In this document: positions 58,552 through 64,000 of the stretch, piece by piece
Numbering within the stretch: the stretch's first letter is position 1
How the letters are laid out: every line of letters begins with the position of its first letter
Source of the DNA: Ascoidea asiatica JCM 7603
Lineage: Eukaryota > Fungi > Ascomycota
Reading direction: 5' to 3'
Assembly (NCBI GenBank): GCA_001600695.1
Contig: BCKQ01000003.1
Coordinates: forward strand, 1,028,654 to 1,092,653
DNA: 64,000 bases
Position numbers and translations under genes: made by a program
Notes under the pieces: generated by a model
Told to the model about the DNA's origin: nothing
Databases searched by the model: none
Seen by the model: only the letters and a program-made list of their open reading frames with translations

Positions 58552-58706
58552 TGCATATAATTAGTTTTAATATTATAATTATTTAAAGATGAAAAATCAT
58601 TTCCTAATTTAAATATTGAAGATAAAGGTGATTGAAAATCTAATGGAAATGATAAAGATAATTTAGCAATTGATAAAGTTGTTAATAAAAGTGAAGACAC
58701 TTTCAT
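57180..58706 (-). CDS. ATG42: Vacuolar serine carboxypeptidase (S10 family), closer to Atg42/Ybr139w than to Prc1
   Basis: Signal peptide, WLNGGPGCSS, GESYGGHY and AGHMVPYD. The short pro-region and the blocks IFLEQPIGVG, PMACGKGGY and KPFQQYIAELL resemble Ybr139w as I recall it. Confidence 0.8.
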
Positions 58707-59526
58707 TTTTAATAAATTTTATTTGAATTTTTTACTTTTCAATGTTTGATTTTTCTTTTTTTTTTTTTATTATTATGATTGAAATTGTAGTTACAATTAT
58801 AATTTCAATTAAATTAAATTAAGACTGGTATTTTTTTTTTAAGTATTGATTATGGAGAATGAAATGAGAGTCTAAGTTAGATAGTTATCTTAAATGAGAG
58901 AACTATCCGAGATATAGTAAGTCATGTGAACAGCCTCGGAAGTGTATAATTTCTTGATTCGTAAGAAAGTTTTAAAATGCATTACAATGTACAGTGGTGT
59001 CACGCACTTTGACACTTATGTCCATAAGCCTCTTTTTTCAATAAGCACCGAGGGTGATTTCGAGGGCTAGTTTTTTTTTCATGTGATCGGAAGTTGTGGC
59101 GGTGAGGTGTTCTCCTTGCCGATTGGCGTTAAATTTGCATGTGAAGAAGCACCACAAAGAAAAAGAAGCGTTTGTTCCAGTGGGTTCTTAAGTGAGTGCA
59201 GTTGTGAAGCGCTCTGGATTTATTCTAGAAGAAGGAGCAACAACGTTAGCTCCATGACTTGACTTGACTTGCGTTGCACTGGTGAACACGCGAAACGTTA
59301 GCTGATAACTTAACTCGCTTTATCAAATTGCAAAGATGTGTGAAGGTGAATATTTTTAATTTTTTGTAAAAGAATATAAATATAAAATAAATCTCCCTTT
59401 TCTCTTTACTTTCATATTTATATTTCTCATTACATCCATTTCCCATCAATAAACATTTATATTAATCAACCAATCAATCAATCATCAATCAATCATCAAT
59501 TAATCCTTTAATAATATATAATAAAG

Positions 59527-60402
59527 ATGTCTTCAGAAACAGAAATTGAAACTAATACAAGTTCAATTCCAACACCAGCTTCAACTTCAAGTTTTAAAAC
59601 TTTAAATCATTTAAATAAATATCCAATTATTAATAATACAAAAGAATACTTAAATTCATTTAATTCAATAAAATATTTTAAAACTTTTTCAAAAAATATA
59701 TCAAATTCTATTACAAAAAATTTAACTAATAATACAATTTTAAAAAATTATTATGAAAAATTAGATAATAAATTTAATTTAAATTCAAATGTTAAAAAAA
59801 TTGATTTAATTATTGATAAATATTTTTTTAATTCATTTATTGATAAATATTTTATTTTTTTACAAAAAGATATAAATTTAAAAGATTTAAAAAATTTAAA
59901 AGATTTAAAATTTTCAAATTTTAAAAAAATTTTAAATAATTTTCAAAATCAAGCAAAAAATTATCAAAATAATGCAAAACCAATTGTTTTAAAAAAAGTT
60001 AATCCAATTGTTAATCCTGTTAATGATAAATTAGAAAATTTAATTAATACTTATTTACCAATTGAAAATAAAGAAATTAATGAAATTACTGAAAATACTA
60101 AAGAAAATGTTGAAAATGTTGAAATTTTAAAAGATTCTGATGAAATTACAAGAATGTATTCATTAGCAACTTCTGCTTATAAAAGAGTTAAACCAATTGC
60201 AAGTGAAAAATCAAATGAATTATCAAAACATATTAATGATATTTATAATTCAAATTTATCAAAAAGTTCAAATAATAAATCAATTGCAATTAAAAATACA
60301 ACTTTTCAATTAGTTTCTCCAATTGTAAATGAAGTTTTTGATACAACTAAAACTAATTTTGATAAATTAGTTACTGATATTAAATCAGCAAAATTATCTT
60401 AA
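59527..60402 (+). CDS. Perilipin-like lipid-droplet protein (Pln1/Pet10/Sps4-like)
   Basis: N-terminal TLNHLNKYPII motif, amphipathic helical body, PVNDKLENLINTYLP, 291 aa. Confidence 0.65.
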   Translation: MSSETEIETNTSSIPTPASTSSFKTLNHLNKYPIINNTKEYLNSFNSIKYFKTFSKNISNSITKNLTNNTILKNYYEKLDNKFNLNSNVKKIDLIIDKYFFNSFIDKYFIFLQKDINLKDLKNLKDLKFSNFKKILNNFQNQAKNYQNNAKPIVLKKVNPIVNPVNDKLENLINTYLPIENKEINEITENTKENVENVEILKDSDEITRMYSLATSAYKRVKPIASEKSNELSKHINDIYNSNLSKSSNNKSIAIKNTTFQLVSPIVNEVFDTTKTNFDKLVTDIKSAKLS

Positions 60403-61994
60403 TTTCTCCTATTATCTTTATCATTCATTATATTTATCTTATTCCTTATCTATACTTTACTTACTTTACTTTTTTATCTATATAGCAATAATACAATTAT
60501 TCAAATATTAAACTTTTATAATTTCCTTTATAATACAATTCCAGATAAAGCACAAGCAACATCATAATACATGCATCCGTGTATCTGGTTTCAAAAACTT
60601 TTTCTCTTCAACCTCACCCACAAACCTGGTTTTCTTTCTTCTTTCCAACTAATAAAAAAACATAACATAAAAACCCGCACTAGCCACGCAACCAGATTAA
60701 CTTCATCCAACCATTCTCAGTCTACCCAAAGTTCCTCACCCGCTTTTTTTTGCTGCTTTCTGCCGTTGACGTAAGCTCACTTTTTTTGCTTTGTGCACTC
60801 TGGTTTTTATAATTTGCGTACTTTTATTACTTGCTGCTTTAAAGCTCAATCCTCAAAGATTGTCAAAATTCCTTATCAGTAAAACTTCATAAAAACTACA
60901 TCAAAAATTCATTAAAAATTCATTAAAAATTCATAACTGTAAATATAATAATAATAATAATAATTATTGATAAAGTTACTAGAATAATTTTAAAATCCCA
61001 AACCTTATAAGCCATGAAAAAAAAACATAAAGGCAAAAAAATATGAATATAAAGAAAGAATAATGATAATAAAATTGAATATAAATTCAAAAGTGACAAT
61101 AATTTAAAAAGTGACTTTAAAAATGAATACTTTTCAGTAAAAATTCAGAAGTTTAACATTTTGAAATCTAAGATGGAAAAATCTAAGATAGCAATCTTAA
61201 AACTTACTTATCTCTACATACAACCAGTGCTTATACTAAATACTGTATAATAATATTGTATATAAAATAATTGAATCGTAATAGTTAATTATGTTATAAT
61301 AATCAAAAATATATTTAAAAAATTTCATTAAGAAGATTAAAGATTAAGTTAAGTTTAGAAACATTGAATTTAGATAAAAAAACAAAAAGAGAAGGCACAC
61401 TATCATTTATAAGGAAAAAATAAAGAAAACTAAAAGGAAAGTAAAAGTAAAGTAAAAGTAAAGTAAAAGGGGTAAAATGTTCAAAAGAAAAAAATAAAAA
61501 ACTGAACTACCAAAATAACAAACAATATAAATAAATAAATAAGTAACTAATAAAGTAAAATAAAACATAGAGATTTGTGAATTGTAAAATTTAAGATTTC
61601 AAAATCACTTGGAATAAAATCGATTTCGAAAATAAAAAACGAAAACGAAAACGAAATTTTAAATAAGACTGTAAACTAAACGTAAACTAAACGAAAGCAA
61701 AAACTAAGAAAAAACTAAGAAAAAACTGAAATAAAACTAAAACAAAAGAAAAGAATACTGAATACTAAACATTGAATAGTGAATAAAAGTAAGAATAAGA
61801 ATAAGAAGTTGAATTTAAAGAATTAAAGCATTTGAGAAATTGGTTACGATTGAAGAGATTTATAAGATTTGATAAGATTGAGAGGACTGATAAGATTGTA
61901 AAGAAAAAAAAGATTGAAGATTGAAGATTGAAGTTTAAGGATTAAAAATCGAAGATCGAAGATTAATAAGGTTCATATAATTGGAATGATAACT

Positions 61995-62500
61995 TTAATG
62001 ACGACCATTTAAATTTGTTGGAGGAAAAAATGACAGAGTTCCAGGAACTGCATAACCAAAATTAGAATTTGTATTATATGGATTTGATTCATAATTTGAA
62101 TAATTAATTCCTGGAATCTGAGATGATAATGGAGAATTTGTTGAATTATTAGATAATGTTGAAGGTGATGAAGAATTATTATTAATATTATTACTATTAC
62201 TGTTATTGTTATTATTATTGTTAATATGATTTGAGTTATAAGTATTTGGTGTATAATAACTATTTGAATTTCTATTTAAGTTTCTATTAATATTTAGGTT
62301 TGAATTTGGATTTAAATTTATATTTGCTTCATCTAATGATCCATATTGAGAGTTTGAATTATTTGAAGAAGAAGAAGAAGAAGATGTAAAATATTGATTA
62401 TTTGGATTTGGATGATTTTGATTGTAATTTAAAGTAGATATGGAATTATTTGAAGAAATACTACTTGATTTTGAAGAAGGAGGAGTTAATAAATTTGGAT

Positions 62501-62532
<32 letters not shown>

Positions 62533-62932
62533 GTATTTATACTTAAATTATTCATATTATTATTCATATTATTATTCATATTATTATTCATATTTGAATT
62601 TGAATTTGAAGAATAAAACATATCATTTGATAAAGAATTTTGATTAATATTTTGATTAATATTATTTGAAATAGTTGGTAAAGAATTAGACCTTTCTTTT
62701 TGTTGTAATTTTAATAATTCTGAATTTTTTTTCTTTTTTTCTCTTAATTTAGCTCTAATTTCTCTAAATTCTTCTGGTTTTCTTTTTAAACCATGATTTT
62801 GTGTTAAAACATGAGCATTTAAATGATTTAAAGTTCCATAACCTTTTGTACAACCATTCCATTTACATAAATAAACTCTATCAATTTCATCATGTTTACG
62901 TCTTGGTCTTTTTTTCTTTTCACTTGATTGAA

Positions 62933-62977
<45 letters not shown>

Positions 62978-63743
62978 TTTCGTTATTATTATGAATAATA
63001 TTTTCATTTTTATTTAATGAAGTTGGTGAAGTTGTTGGAGAAATTATTGAATTTATAGAATTTATTGGATTTATTGGATTTATTGGATTTATTGAATTCA
63101 CTTGATTCATTTGATTCATTGAAGTAAGTTGATTAACTGAATTGATTGAATTCATTTGATTAATTGGATTAATTTGATTATAATTATTAATTGGATTGAT
63201 TGGATTAATTGTATAAGATAATTTTGAAGAATATCTTGAATTCAGATTATTTAAATTACTCAGATTACTATCCATATTATTAAGATTAATATTACTTAAA
63301 TTATTTGAAGAATTATTATTATTATTATAAGAATTATAATTATTATAATTTGAATTATATGAATTCATTGAAGATTGATTATTTATATTTGAAGATTTAA
63401 TTGTTGAAGGATTAGAGATTGAAGATGAATTTGAATTTGAATTTGAATTTGAGGTAGAAGTAGAAATAGAAGTTGAAGTTGAATTTGAATTTGGAGTTGA
63501 ATTAGATATAATTGGATTAATAGGAGTATTATTATTTAAATTTGATTGAAAAGTTGGATAAGAATAAGAGTTACTATTAATATTATTAGTATTAATATTA
63601 TTATTATTATTAATATTATTTAAGTAAGATTGATTCATTTGAATTGATTGTTTATTAGGTAAAGGTAACAGAATTGGATTAAAATGATTTGAAATTGGAT
63701 CTGATATTTCAGCACAAATTAAAGTATTAATTCTTTCTGGCAT
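61995..63743 (-). CDS. CON7: Con7-type single C2H2 zinc-finger transcription factor
   Basis: KKRPRRKHDEIDRVYLCKWNGCTKGYGTLNHLNAHVLTQNHGLKRKPEEFREIR embedded in Asn/Ser-rich sequence. Confidence 0.85.
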
Positions 63744-64000
63744 AATATTAGTTGTAATATTATGTTTATGGTTAAAATTAGTTCAGAAATTAATAATTGG
63801 TTGTGTATATAATTGGATGATTTATTATATATTCAATATATATTTAATGTATTCTTAATATTAATATATTCTTTATATAGTTTTTAATATAATATATAAA
63901 TATGTATATTTAATATATAAATAAAGGTTTATTATAAAGACTACAAATTACAATAAAATAAGTAAATATATACAATATATATTCGGGGCTTTTTTAAAGA

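Noticed and set aside
8215-58706. Apparent vacuole/autophagy gene cluster (NBR1, VPS41, ATG42)
   Set aside because: The genes are spread over 50 kb among unrelated genes; only NBR1 and VPS41 are adjacent, which is compatible with chance.
1-64000. CRISPR arrays, rRNA genes, intact transposons
   Set aside because: All repeats are contiguous tandem units without spacers, and I saw no LTR, reverse transcriptase, full transposase or rRNA sequence.

Overview
Very AT-rich eukaryotic DNA from a budding yeast (Saccharomycotina). The composition and pervasive poly-Asn tracts resemble Ascoidea, but the species cannot be proven from this window. About 20 protein genes are supported: an orphan gene, an Nbr1-like multi-ZZ autophagy receptor, VPS41, a BED-finger protein, a PWWP protein, a TYSND1/DEG15-like peroxisomal protease ending in SKL, a Gac1-family PP1 subunit, an unknown gene split by an in-frame TAG, GCN4, MAS2, a Zn2Cys6 factor, an intron-containing LYAR zinc-finger gene absent from the ORF track, an ADH6/7-like reductase, EMC1, a diverged DH-PH-CNH protein, two tandem ubiquitin-like genes, PUF6, an ATG42/CPY-family peptidase, a perilipin-like gene and a Con7-type C2H2 factor. 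There is also one intron-containing tRNA-Tyr. The best candidate for an undescribed system is the tandem pair of diverged ubiquitin-fold genes (53183-54139): one ends in Gly-Gly plus a 4-residue tail, like a conjugatable modifier precursor, and its paralogue has lost the Gly-Gly. Other notable items are five uORFs in the GCN4 leader, and promoters where tandem repeats multiply transcription-factor motifs (Yap1-type, TCCGG, Mig1-type/G-quadruplex). All family assignments come from motif recognition by eye, with no database search.
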